NCBI GenBank assembly: GCA_021129775.1
Contig: JAJOKP010000012.1
Coordinates: 280-64,279 of the forward strand
Source of the DNA: Clostridiales bacterium
GTDB taxonomy: Bacteria; Bacillota; Clostridia; Peptostreptococcales; NVVX01
Direction: 5' to 3'
Length of the DNA stretch: 64,000 nucleotides
The notes under the pieces were generated by a model, which was given only the letters and a program-made list of their open reading frames with translations, was not told the DNA's origin and ran no database searches. Positions 26,212 to 36,414 of this stretch are shown here, piece after piece (position 1 is the first letter of the stretch; the number at the start of each line of letters is the position of its first letter). The position numbers were made by a program, and so were the translations under genes.

Positions 26212-28575
26212 TTACCTTATCGGACAAACTCCACTTTCACATTCTGACGAATCGGACAAGTCAAATTCTTCTCCACTTTCGTATCTGCCAATTAGTGACG
26301 GATTAAAAGGTTTCATTAAATCTAGTCTTCTTTTATATTCTTGTTCGCTAATGTTTTCATAAGGTAAATCCTCATAAAAATTATTTACATGAGAAATAAA
26401 AGATACAGCAACTATTTTATCCCAATTATTATATACAAATTCTTCTACTTCTGACCATTCATGATCTCTGACATGAACAGTTATTGAAGTATTGTGGTCT
26501 ACAAAACATTCTTGGTACATTAAATATCTTTCAAGCTGTTCAATTGCCGATACATCATTCTTAGTCTTTCCTTCTGGTGACTTACAAGGAAACTCAATAA
26601 AAACTGTATTTGCTTTGCCCTTGTCTTCAAATACTGGATACTCAAGTTTTCTACAAACGTTAACTAATGGGTCAGTATCAGAAATTCGAATTCTCCTTAC
26701 ATAGTATGGACTATGTGCGTAATGTATTCCACTTGATACTTGCGGTAAATTCGACTGAGTGCCTTCTGGTTTGATAGCAGTAGTTCTTTTGGACCTAGGA
26801 AGTCCTAAGCTGTCTGCATAACTATCTGCTTCCATCTTAACTACTTCTTTTAGCTCTTTCAGAAGTTCTCTCTCTTGCTCTCTTTTCATATTAGTGGCGT
26901 TTACCATATCAAGCCATCCCATGAAGCTAACACCAAGTAGTCTATTTTCCTTTTGAACTGTATCCCATTTTGGTAGCTCTAGGGTTACGCATGTCATTCT
27001 ATATGCAACTCTAGTTGCTAATTGAAATGCTCTCTTTACTCCTGCATTATCTAACTTGCCTTCTGTTACAAATCCCATTACGTTTACGGAAGTTAAATTG
27101 CACAAGCCTCTATCTCTTAGTGCTGCCTCACCACAAGGATTTAGCCCAATGTCTTCATTTGTAGCTTCTGGCATGCGTTCTAGCAGCGCAACTTTGTTTA
27201 TCCATGCGGGCTCACCACTATATCGCATTTTTTCTATTTGCCAATGTAATTTTTCTCTCGTGGGTCTTTTAGTATACATTATTGAATTATTGCTCATTTC
27301 TCTGTGAGTTATTTCAAGATTTTTAATCCACTTGCCTTCTACCTCTTTATACAAATCAGCCTTTGCATTAATTGATTCAATATCATTCGGGCTAATAATA
27401 ATCATTTGCGCAGTTCTTCTAACTCCGCCAGATACAACATTTTCACCAATGGATGTACAAATGTCCAACACGTTAATTGGCTTTAATTTTATATTCTTGC
27501 CTTTTTGAAATCTTAAACCGCTTTTGATTATTTTATCGATTTTAACAAACATGGTCTTAAGTGATTCATGCCCTGAAGCAGTGCCTCCCATTTTCTTAAG
27601 AACTTCTCCTTTTGGTCTTACATTGTTGTAATTAAAAACAATGGTTTTAATGTTTCTATATTTATGTGAATGCAAAATGTTGAAATATGTTTCTATGGCT
27701 GACATCCAACCTTCTTTAGAATCTCCTACTACAATCCTTGCAAGGTTATTGTTTTTAAATATAATTGAAGTACTATCCTCTCTCTCTTCAATAGGAATTG
27801 ATAAATATTCTTCGTGAATAATATCGTAGTCAATCCTTACATTAGGGAGTTTATCTACATCTTCTTCTAAAATTCTTAGACCTACGCCTGCTCCAACCAT
27901 AGATAGATAAAAAATTTCTGAAAAGGCTTCAAAAGAGTCCATAATTTTAAAAGCACAGTTGAAGTTTGCCATCGGATATTCATAAGATACAGGAGTATTT
28001 CCAATCCAGTTTGTTCTACCACTCATAAATTGACGAAGATAAAAAATATTGTTATACAGTTCTTCTGCTTCTTCTCGTGTAGTTGTAGGTACTAAAGAAC
28101 AATTATAATCAACTATTCTTCTGACTACCTCGTGCCAAAACTCTCTCCTTCTATATTCAGGCAAATATCTTGAATATGTTCTATAAAAAACAAATGTACC
28201 AATTGCACTCATTGGGTTAGGCAAGCGTTTATACCGACTGATAAATTTATCACTTATTAGTTTTTCTTCGTCTCCTTTTTTAAATTTTCTTTCTTTTTGT
28301 TTTTGATCTCTATGCAATATGTAATTTATAGCCACATCTTGTCTTGGGCTACTCATTAATTTCTTTACAACTAGGTCTTGTATTTCTTCAATTTCAGTAA
28401 TTTCTTTTGTCAACTCGTCAGCTATCTCATCAGCAATTTTTTCTGCTAAGTTAAAGTCAGCTCCCATATCGGTTAATCTCATAGCGCTTAAAATAGCTTT
28501 TGCTATTTTTGTTTTGTCAAAAGAAACTATTTTTCCTGTTTCACCTTTTTTAGGTCTTTTTCTTACCATTACCAT
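26212..28575 (-). CDS. nrdJ: adenosylcobalamin-dependent ribonucleoside-triphosphate reductase (class II, monomeric RTPR type) with an N-terminal ATP-cone
   Basis: About 787 aa; ATP-cone VRKRPKKGETGKIVSFDKTKIAKAI; active-site NPCGEA; C-terminal Cys pair CESGVCPIR. It resembles the L. leichmannii-type RTPR. Confidence 0.85.
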   Translation of the reverse strand: MVMVRKRPKKGETGKIVSFDKTKIAKAILSAMRLTDMGADFNLAEKIADEIADELTKEITEIEEIQDLVVKKLMSSPRQDVAINYILHRDQKQKERKFKKGDEEKLISDKFISRYKRLPNPMSAIGTFVFYRTYSRYLPEYRRREFWHEVVRRIVDYNCSLVPTTTREEAEELYNNIFYLRQFMSGRTNWIGNTPVSYEYPMANFNCAFKIMDSFEAFSEIFYLSMVGAGVGLRILEEDVDKLPNVRIDYDIIHEEYLSIPIEEREDSTSIIFKNNNLARIVVGDSKEGWMSAIETYFNILHSHKYRNIKTIVFNYNNVRPKGEVLKKMGGTASGHESLKTMFVKIDKIIKSGLRFQKGKNIKLKPINVLDICTSIGENVVSGGVRRTAQMIIISPNDIESINAKADLYKEVEGKWIKNLEITHREMSNNSIMYTKRPTREKLHWQIEKMRYSGEPAWINKVALLERMPEATNEDIGLNPCGEAALRDRGLCNLTSVNVMGFVTEGKLDNAGVKRAFQLATRVAYRMTCVTLELPKWDTVQKENRLLGVSFMGWLDMVNATNMKREQERELLKELKEVVKMEADSYADSLGLPRSKRTTAIKPEGTQSNLPQVSSGIHYAHSPYYVRRIRISDTDPLVNVCRKLEYPVFEDKGKANTVFIEFPCKSPEGKTKNDVSAIEQLERYLMYQECFVDHNTSITVHVRDHEWSEVEEFVYNNWDKIVAVSFISHVNNFYEDLPYENISEQEYKRRLDLMKPFNPSLIGRYESGEEFDLSDSSECESGVCPIR

Positions 28576-28608
28576 AAGTGTCACGCTCCTTGTTATCTCC
28601 TATATGTA

Positions 28609-31600
28609 TTAAAACAGCGACAGCTGATTAGTTTCGGATAAACCATCTAAACAACCATGAATTTTTAATGCCTCTATTGCCGTTTTTGTTGCTTTTGTCC
28701 TTTGTATTATATCCTCTATTGAAATGAACTCGCTTTTTTTAGCTTCTTCTTGTATTTTAATTGCAACATTGTGTCCCAGTCCTTCTAATGTTTTTAAAGG
28801 AGGTAATAGTTTTCCATCAACGATTAAAAATTTTGCGGCATCTGATTTATATAGATTTACTTTTAGCAAGGTAATATCTCTCAGAAGCATTTCCAGTGCA
28901 ACTTCTAACACTGTTGAAATGTTTTTTTCTTTAGCAGTCAATTTCTTTCTTTGATTCCCTAAATTCAATTGTTTTTCTTTCTCTTCTAATTCTTTGAGTT
29001 TTGAGAATACAAACTCTTTGCCTTTAATAATAAAATCAACATCAAAATCTTCTGCTTTTGTAGTAAAATACGTAGCATAAAAAGCTTCTGGGTGATGAAC
29101 TTTGCAATATGCTATTCTAAACGACATCATAACATACGCTGCTGCATGCGCTTTAGGGAACATATACATTATTCTATTGCATGAATCAATATACCATTTT
29201 GGAACCTCGTGTTCTCTCATTAATTCTTCATCACAGGCAGATAATCCTTTTCCTCTACGTACGTTTTCCATAATATTAAATGCTGATACTGATGGCAGTC
29301 CCTTTTTACTTAAATAGTTGATAATATCATCTCTTGTCGATATTACATCTTTAAGTCCAGCTATGCCTTCTTTAACAAGTTCTTGAGCGTTATTAAGCCA
29401 CACATTGGTTCCGTGAGACAATCCACTAATTCGTATTAATTCAGCTAGAGTACTAGGCTTAGTTTCAAGTAGCATTTGCCTTACAAACTTAGTTCCAAAT
29501 TCGGGGATTCCAAGCGTGCCTACTTTAACGTCAAATCTTTCATCTTCTATCTCTAGTACATCTATTCCTCTAAACAAACTGAGTGTTTTAGCATCATCAA
29601 GTGGAATATCAGTTGGTTTTATATTGATAAGGTCTTCTAGCATTCTTAATATACTTGGCACATCATGACCTAGAATGTCTAGCTTTAATAGTCTTCCACT
29701 AATTGAATGGTAGTCAAAATGAGTCGTAATTACTCCCGATTTAGGATCGTTAGCGGGATATTGTATCGGTGTAAATTCGTGTATATCATTACCTTCTGGT
29801 ACTATCATTACACCACCAGGATGTTGTCCTGAAGTTCTCTTAACACCTGTACATCCTAAGGTCAATCTATCAGTTTCTGATTTTGATTTATAAATTTGCT
29901 TTTTTTCTTGAAATTTTTTAACAAATCCATAGGCAGTTTTCTGTGCAATCGTGCCAATAGTTCCAGCTCTAAAGACTTTATCTTTTCCAAATAGTTCTTC
30001 TGTATATTTATGTGCCTCACCTTGATACTCACTAGCAAAGTTTAAGTCAATATCAGGTTCTTTATCTCCTTCAAATCCAAGAAAGACTTCAAAAGGAATA
30101 TCATGCCCCTCTTTGTAAAATTGTGTATCGCATCTCGGGCAATTTTTGTCTGGCATATCAACTCCAGAACTATAGGGGCTGTCCTTAATAAACTCAGAAT
30201 ATTTACAATTAGAGCAAATATAGTGAGGAGGCAAAGGATTTACTTCTGTAATATCGCTCATTGTAGCTGCAAATGAAGAACCTACAGATCCCCTAGAGCC
30301 AACTAAGTAGCCATTTTCTTCTGATTTTTTTACAAGCTTTTGTGCAATTACGTACATAACTGCATAGCCATTACTAATTATTGAGTTAAGCTCTTTATCT
30401 AATCTATCTTTAACTTTTTGAGGTAATTGCTCCCCATATATTCTTTTTGCTTTTTCATAGCAAGTTTTTTTTAACTCTTCGTCAGAACCTTCGATTTTGG
30501 GGGTAAAAGTACCTTCTGGAACTGGCATTAATTCTTCTATCATTGCATTAATCTTTTGTGGATTGCTCACAACTAATTCAAATGACTTTTCTTTTCCTAA
30601 GTAGTTGAATTCTTGAATCATTTCCGCAGTTGTTCTTAGATATAGTGGCGATTCAGCATCTGCATCACTAGGTCCTTTACCTAACATAAGAATTCTTCTA
30701 AAAACCTCATCTTTTTTGTCTAAAAAATGTACATCGCCTGTAGCAATTACTGGAAGATTTAATCTGTCTCCTAATTCAACTATCTTTTTGTTTATTCTTT
30801 TTAAATCATTGATATCCTTTACTGCCCCTTTGTTAACAAGGTATTTGATATTAACTAATGGCTGAATTTCTAAATAGTCAAAGTATTTCGCTATTTCAAT
30901 TATATCACACTCTAACCTAGATGTTAATTCACTCTGATATAGTGCCCCTTGTGCGCAAGCAGAACCAAGGATTAGCCCTTCTCTATGTTTATCTAATTCA
31001 CTTTTCAATATTATGGGCTTTCGGTAAAAATTATCCATATGTGAAACAGATACGAGTTTATATAAATTCTTTAATCCTTCATAATTTTTCGCTAAAATTG
31101 TTATATTATACGGTCTTATTTTTTTAAATTCAAATTCTTTTATTAGTTTTTCATTAGCATCATATATACTAGAAATATCCCTGTCCTTCATTAAGCCAAT
31201 AAAATAAACAAATAATTTTGCAGTTGCTGTAGCATCGTCAAGGGCTCTATGGTGATTTTCAATTTTAATGTTTAGTTTTTTTGCAATTGTCTTTAGCTTA
31301 AAAGTTTTTAAATCTGGCATAAGGACTCTTGCTAACTTGATCGTATCAATAAGTAAATTATTCACTGTGATTCCAAGTTTTTTAGCATTCTCTCTTATAA
31401 ATCCAATATCAAAATTTACATTATGGGCTACTAAAGGCGAGTCCCCAATAAAACTAATAAATTTTGGTAATACTTCTTCTATTTTAGGGGCATCTTTTAC
31501 CATGTCATCAGTAATTCCTACTAGCTCAACTAAATCTGCAGGTATACTTACTTCTGGATTAATTAACTGGGAAAAACTGCCTACAATAATCGCATTTTTT

Positions 31601-32967
31601 ACTCTCACAGCAGCTAATTCTGTAATTTTATTACTAACCGCTGAAAGTCCTGTTGTCTCTATATCAAATATTACAAACTCATCTTCAAATAGATAATTCT
31701 CTGTACATTCTATTAAAGGCTCCTCATCATTTACTATATATCCTTCAAGTCCATATATGATTTTTACACCGTGTTTTTTACCCGCTATGGCAGCATCTGG
31801 GAAAGCTTGTACTACACCGTGATCTGTTATTGCAATAGCTTTATGCCCCCAATCACTAACTCTCTTAACTAAATCTTTAACATTACAAATCCCGTCCATA
31901 GATGACATTTGAGTATGCGCATGTAATTCAATTCTTTTTTCATCGCTATCATCTGTACGTATTTTTTTAGCAACAGCATTTATATCCGATACTATGATTG
32001 TATTTTCATTTATATATTTATCATATACTACTTCTCCTTTTATTCTCAAACATTGTCCTATTTTGAAATAACTTTCAATATTTTCTTTTTGCTTCTTCCT
32101 TTCAAACAATTTCGTTACAATTGTATCTTCATAGTCGGTTATATTCAAGGTGTATAGTTTTTTCCCACTACTTAATATCTTAGTCTCTTGTAGTGCAACA
32201 TCACCTTCTATAATAATCCTATGGTCATCTTGCGATATATTAATAATACGAGTAATTTCTCCGCTTATCTTCTTGCCGATTATTACTGAACTGTCATTTG
32301 AAGAAGTAGTTTCATTTTTAAGTTTTCGCTTATATTTGTTTTGCGATTTTTTGCCTTCATTGCCAGTTTTAGCTACAGCTGATGCTTCGTTTTCCTTTGC
32401 TATACTCTTTGCTAATTTTGCTGATTCTTCATCTTTTTGTTTGCTATAATTCTTTACTTTTTCTTCACTACGCCTGTCTAAAACGATTCTACATTTTATC
32501 TTCTGACCAAATTCAGCAAAAAAATAATTTTCTATTCTAGTTGGAAGTTTTCTCTCTTCTGATTTTTGCACAACTATACTCTCAGCTACATTTATGATTA
32601 ATTCATTGTTTTCTAGTTGCCATGATATAGTGCTTGCATCTTTATAAAATGATGGGAAAAATTCCTGAAAAAAGAAAATAATATTATCATTGTTTAACTC
32701 AATCATTTCTGTGATTGTACTAAACTTAATGTCATAAGTAAAATTAAATTTCGGATATTCACTCAACTGTAAAGATTCTTGAAGTAATTCTGATATTACT
32801 CTAAGTTTTTGCAGTTTTATAACTTGTTCAGAGTATAAAAATATCTCTATTTTTTTTTTCTCTTTAAAGTATTTAACCCTAGTCATATCGCAATCACAAT
32901 CTAAAAACTCATCTATTTTTAATTGTTCTAGAAACTTATTAAATTTCATTACCTTACTTGGATTCAT
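28609..32967 (-). CDS. polC: DNA polymerase III PolC-type alpha subunit
   Basis: About 1452 aa; PHP domain (ELHAHTQMSSMDG), DEDDh exonuclease (FVIFDIETTGLS..H..FD) and a polymerase core. Start chosen at MNPSKVMKFNKF, after GAGGGGATGGGG. Confidence 0.96.
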   Translation of the reverse strand: MNPSKVMKFNKFLEQLKIDEFLDCDCDMTRVKYFKEKKKIEIFLYSEQVIKLQKLRVISELLQESLQLSEYPKFNFTYDIKFSTITEMIELNNDNIIFFFQEFFPSFYKDASTISWQLENNELIINVAESIVVQKSEERKLPTRIENYFFAEFGQKIKCRIVLDRRSEEKVKNYSKQKDEESAKLAKSIAKENEASAVAKTGNEGKKSQNKYKRKLKNETTSSNDSSVIIGKKISGEITRIINISQDDHRIIIEGDVALQETKILSSGKKLYTLNITDYEDTIVTKLFERKKQKENIESYFKIGQCLRIKGEVVYDKYINENTIIVSDINAVAKKIRTDDSDEKRIELHAHTQMSSMDGICNVKDLVKRVSDWGHKAIAITDHGVVQAFPDAAIAGKKHGVKIIYGLEGYIVNDEEPLIECTENYLFEDEFVIFDIETTGLSAVSNKITELAAVRVKNAIIVGSFSQLINPEVSIPADLVELVGITDDMVKDAPKIEEVLPKFISFIGDSPLVAHNVNFDIGFIRENAKKLGITVNNLLIDTIKLARVLMPDLKTFKLKTIAKKLNIKIENHHRALDDATATAKLFVYFIGLMKDRDISSIYDANEKLIKEFEFKKIRPYNITILAKNYEGLKNLYKLVSVSHMDNFYRKPIILKSELDKHREGLILGSACAQGALYQSELTSRLECDIIEIAKYFDYLEIQPLVNIKYLVNKGAVKDINDLKRINKKIVELGDRLNLPVIATGDVHFLDKKDEVFRRILMLGKGPSDADAESPLYLRTTAEMIQEFNYLGKEKSFELVVSNPQKINAMIEELMPVPEGTFTPKIEGSDEELKKTCYEKAKRIYGEQLPQKVKDRLDKELNSIISNGYAVMYVIAQKLVKKSEENGYLVGSRGSVGSSFAATMSDITEVNPLPPHYICSNCKYSEFIKDSPYSSGVDMPDKNCPRCDTQFYKEGHDIPFEVFLGFEGDKEPDIDLNFASEYQGEAHKYTEELFGKDKVFRAGTIGTIAQKTAYGFVKKFQEKKQIYKSKSETDRLTLGCTGVKRTSGQHPGGVMIVPEGNDIHEFTPIQYPANDPKSGVITTHFDYHSISGRLLKLDILGHDVPSILRMLEDLINIKPTDIPLDDAKTLSLFRGIDVLEIEDERFDVKVGTLGIPEFGTKFVRQMLLETKPSTLAELIRISGLSHGTNVWLNNAQELVKEGIAGLKDVISTRDDIINYLSKKGLPSVSAFNIMENVRRGKGLSACDEELMREHEVPKWYIDSCNRIMYMFPKAHAAAYVMMSFRIAYCKVHHPEAFYATYFTTKAEDFDVDFIIKGKEFVFSKLKELEEKEKQLNLGNQRKKLTAKEKNISTVLEVALEMLLRDITLLKVNLYKSDAAKFLIVDGKLLPPLKTLEGLGHNVAIKIQEEAKKSEFISIEDIIQRTKATKTAIEALKIHGCLDGLSETNQLSLF

Positions 32968-32989
32968 TAAATCGCCCCATCCCCTCGCT

Positions 32990-34036
32990 TTACATTTTCT
33001 CAATTTCATATAATAGCACATTTAGCGCTTCGTTTTTTTTTACTTTCTTAATAAGTTTTCCATTTTTAAACAATATAAAACCAGATGCTCCACCTGCAAT
33101 GCCAATGTCAGCATCTTTAGCTTCTCCTGGTCCATTTACAGAACATCCCATTATAGCTACTTTTATAGGCTTTTTAATATCCCGAAATCTTTCATTAGCT
33201 TCATTTGCCAAGGAAATTAGATCAACTATACATCTACCGCAGGTGGGACATGAAATTATAGTTATTTCATCCCTAATAATGTCTAATGATTTTAATATCT
33301 GTCTCCCTACTTTTATTTCCTCTACTGGATTACCAGTAAGCGAAACTCTAATTGTGTCGCCAATTCCTTGCAGTAACAAATGTCCTATCCCTATTGCCGA
33401 TTTAATTGTTCCACTCCAAGTAGTCCCTGCTTCCGTAACTCCAATATGAAGTGGATAATCAACTTCATTAGAGATTATCTCACATGCATCCACAGTAAGT
33501 TTAATGTCACTTGCTTTTAACGAAATAAGTATTTTATCGTAATTAAGATCTTCTAAAATACTAACTTGTCTAATTGCGCTCTCAACCATTGCTTCAGCTG
33601 TAGGTCCTCCGTATTTTTCAAGCAACTGCTTCTCAAGCGAGCCTGCATTTACACCAACACGTATTGGTATATTTTTCTCTTTTGCGGCTACAACAATTTC
33701 TTTAACTTTATTGTCGTTTCCAATATTACCTGGATTAAGTCTTAGAGCATCAACATTTTGCTTTATTGCTTCTAAAGCTAGTTTATAGTTAAAATGAATG
33801 TCAGCTACAAGAGGAATTGAAATTTGAGATTTAATATTTGCAAGTTGATATGCAGACTCCATTGTTGGCACTGCAACTCTTACAAAATCGCATCCTGCCT
33901 TCTCTAACTCTTTGATTTGTTTCACTGTATCCTCTACATATATAGGGTCAAAAGTTGTCATAGATTGAACAGAGATAGGATTATTCCCACCTATCCTAAC
34001 TTTGCCTAGTTGCACTACTTTTGTTTTTTTTCTCAT
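32990..34036 (-). CDS. ispG: 4-hydroxy-3-methylbut-2-en-1-yl diphosphate synthase
   Basis: RKKTKVVQLGKVRIGGNNPISVQSMT...; C-terminal 4Fe-4S cysteines ISCPTCGRC..GCSVNGPGE. Confidence 0.93.
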   Translation of the reverse strand: MRKKTKVVQLGKVRIGGNNPISVQSMTTFDPIYVEDTVKQIKELEKAGCDFVRVAVPTMESAYQLANIKSQISIPLVADIHFNYKLALEAIKQNVDALRLNPGNIGNDNKVKEIVVAAKEKNIPIRVGVNAGSLEKQLLEKYGGPTAEAMVESAIRQVSILEDLNYDKILISLKASDIKLTVDACEIISNEVDYPLHIGVTEAGTTWSGTIKSAIGIGHLLLQGIGDTIRVSLTGNPVEEIKVGRQILKSLDIIRDEITIISCPTCGRCIVDLISLANEANERFRDIKKPIKVAIMGCSVNGPGEAKDADIGIAGGASGFILFKNGKLIKKVKKNEALNVLLYEIEKM

Positions 34037-34067
34037 TTTAACACCTTCTCTTTTGTCTGACACAATT

Positions 34068-34113
34068 GAGACCCATTTGACTCGCAGGCTCGCTCAGGGT
34101 GACAGAATAAGGG
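34068..34113. repeat. Intergenic repeat family B, copy 2
   Basis: GAGACCCATTTGACTCGCAGGCTCGCTCAGGGTGACAGAATAAGGG, between the rseP stop and the ispG start. Confidence 0.8.
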
Positions 34114-34135
34114 AATTAATTCCCTTTATTCTGTC
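34101..34135 (-). other. stem-loop overlapping the rseP stop codon and abutting repeat B2
   Basis: GACAGAATAAGGGAAT-taa-TTCCCTTTATTCTGTC, a stem of about 15 bp with one bulge. There is no downstream U-run, so it is not a canonical terminator. Confidence 0.55.
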
Positions 34136-35138
34136 AATTAAACAATCTAAGTATATCTTTGTAAGTGATAAATATCATTAACGATATTAGTAGAACAAAT
34201 CCAAGCAAATGAATTCTTCCTTCTTTTTCTGTGTCAATAGGTTTTCCCCTTATTAGTTCTACTAATAGAAATAGAATTCTACTTCCGTCAAGTGCTGGTA
34301 TAGGGAGTAAATTTATTAAACCGAGGTTGATACTAATCATCGCTGCTAAAAAAACAACATTCAACCAACCTGCTCTTGCCGCTTCACCTACAAGAGTTAT
34401 TATCCCTATTGGACCAACTACTTCTGCATCTTGTGCCTGACCTGTGACAAGTTGCCTTAAAAAGTTCCCCATCTCACCTATAATATGCCATACGCTAGTA
34501 AATCCTTGACCAATAGCTCTGATGAGCGATTTTTCAACCCTTGGTACTATTCCAATCATTACACGATTTGTTTCTTCTTCTAGGTATGTACTTATTATTT
34601 TAGTCATTTCAATTTCGCCGCGTATAAAAGCCACTTCTAAATCATCACTTTTTGAATTAGAAATAATTGAAACTAGTTCATTCCAACTATCTATTTCAAT
34701 ATCGTTAATAGAAGTTATCTCATCCCCACTCTGAAGTCCTGCATGTTCTGCCGGAGAGTCTGGTACTGTATTGTCAATTGTAGTGACTGGAAATCCTAAA
34801 CTATAACTTAGAATTATAAAGAGAACAATGGCTAATAAAAAGTTCATCATTGCTCCTGCAACTAATATCGCCGCCCTTGCGTATACCGATTTATTATTAA
34901 AGCTTCTCTCATCATTGGAGGCTTCATCTTCACCTTCCATTTTTACGTATCCACCTATTGGCAAAAGTCGCAAAGTATATCTCGTTTCACCCCTCGTAAA
35001 TTCCACTATTTTAGGTCCCATACCGATTGCGAACTCGTCTACTTTTACCCCTACAAGCTTTGCTACTCCAAAATGCCCAAGTTCATGAAATGCAATCAAT
35101 AAACCAAAAACCAAAATTGCCACTACTGCTGTTTGCAT
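34134..35138 (-). CDS. rseP: RIP metalloprotease RseP (site-2 protease)
   Basis: 334 aa; HELGH zinc motif, PDZ domain, C-terminal LNLLPIPALDG. Confidence 0.92.
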   Translation of the reverse strand: MQTAVVAILVFGLLIAFHELGHFGVAKLVGVKVDEFAIGMGPKIVEFTRGETRYTLRLLPIGGYVKMEGEDEASNDERSFNNKSVYARAAILVAGAMMNFLLAIVLFIILSYSLGFPVTTIDNTVPDSPAEHAGLQSGDEITSINDIEIDSWNELVSIISNSKSDDLEVAFIRGEIEMTKIISTYLEEETNRVMIGIVPRVEKSLIRAIGQGFTSVWHIIGEMGNFLRQLVTGQAQDAEVVGPIGIITLVGEAARAGWLNVVFLAAMISINLGLINLLPIPALDGSRILFLLVELIRGKPIDTEKEGRIHLLGFVLLISLMIFITYKDILRLFN

Positions 35139-35150
35139 ATTATCACCTTC

Positions 35151-36296
35151 CTATTTTAGTTCGTACTTAATCCAATTCCTTACCCATTCATCAACTTCTA
35201 ACAACTCTTCTAATGATGCATAGTCAAAACTACTATGACTATTCATAGCTTTTTCTATATACTTTGGTATATCATAAAAATCAATTTCTTCATTTAAATA
35301 TTTACTCACTAGCACTTCATTTGCACCATTTAACACACATGGCATTGTTCCGCCAATTTTTATAGCATCATAAGCTAGTTGTAAACATGGAAACTTATTT
35401 AAATCTGGTTCTTCAAAAGTTAAAGTTCTAATTTCACTTAATTTTAGCCTATCTACGTTTAATTTTTCCCTGCTCGGATAAGTCAGGGAGTATTGAATTG
35501 GTAACTTCATACTTGGTAGTCCTAACTGAGCAATAACAGAGCCATCTTTAAACTCCACCATAGAATGGATTATACTTTGCGAGTGAACAACCACTTCAAT
35601 ATCATCTAATTGTATATCAAACAACCACTTTGCTTCTATGACTTCTAATCCTTTGTTCATTAGTGTTGCTGAATCAACTGAGATTTTTCTACCCATTTCC
35701 CAGTTAGGATGTTTTAAGGCATCATGATATTTTGCGTTAACTAATCTTTTCTTTTCCCAATTTCTAAATGGGCCACCAGAAGCAGTTAAGATAATTTTTG
35801 ATATATTACATGCGTCCTCTCCCTGCAAACATTGGAAAATTGCCGAATGTTCACTATCTACAGGAATAATCGAAACATTATTTTTTACTATCTCTTGCAT
35901 TATAATTTTCCCTGCAACAACTAATGTTTCTTTATTAGCTAAAGCAATATCCTTTTTGCTACGTATCGCATGATATGTTGGTACCATTCCAACGCTTCCT
36001 ACTACTGAATTAAGCACGGTTTCAACTTCATTGTATGTTGCAACTTCTATTAATCCTTGCATACCAACTACAATTTTTGTTTTTGTAATTACCCTATTCG
36101 ACAGTTCTTTAGCTTTCTCTTCATCAAATACAGCAACAATTTCAGGATGAAATTCATTGATCTGCTCTTCTAGCTTATCAATATTTCTCATAACTGCTAA
36201 ACCCATAATCTTAAATTTATCTGAATGCTCTCTAACTATCTCTATAGTCTGACCCCCGATTGAGCCAGTAGAGCCTAATACGCTAATTTTTTTCAT
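35151..36296 (-). CDS. dxr: 1-deoxy-D-xylulose 5-phosphate reductoisomerase
   Basis: 381 aa; GSTGSIG NADPH motif; LANKE and PVDSEHSAIFQC motifs. Confidence 0.96.
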   Translation of the reverse strand: MKKISVLGSTGSIGGQTIEIVREHSDKFKIMGLAVMRNIDKLEEQINEFHPEIVAVFDEEKAKELSNRVITKTKIVVGMQGLIEVATYNEVETVLNSVVGSVGMVPTYHAIRSKKDIALANKETLVVAGKIIMQEIVKNNVSIIPVDSEHSAIFQCLQGEDACNISKIILTASGGPFRNWEKKRLVNAKYHDALKHPNWEMGRKISVDSATLMNKGLEVIEAKWLFDIQLDDIEVVVHSQSIIHSMVEFKDGSVIAQLGLPSMKLPIQYSLTYPSREKLNVDRLKLSEIRTLTFEEPDLNKFPCLQLAYDAIKIGGTMPCVLNGANEVLVSKYLNEEIDFYDIPKYIEKAMNSHSSFDYASLEELLEVDEWVRNWIKYELK

Positions 36297-36414
36297 TGTA
36301 TCTCTCCGTTTAAACTATTGTATAGAACAAAGCAGGAGTTGCCCCTACTTTCTTTTATTTTTTCCTAACCAACTGACCAACTAAGCAACTTTTTTCCCTT
36401 TCCAACTGTCCAAT

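Noticed and set aside
32968-33021. polC ORF start overlapping the ispG 3' end, and similar long N-terminal extensions (rpsB 41203-41313, rpsO 11588-11671, nrnA 14530-14637, uppS 37911-38018, motB 61917-61994)
   Set aside because: These extensions have no RBS, are not family-like, and run through upstream genes or repeats. Internal starts with good Shine-Dalgarno spacing match the conserved N-termini.
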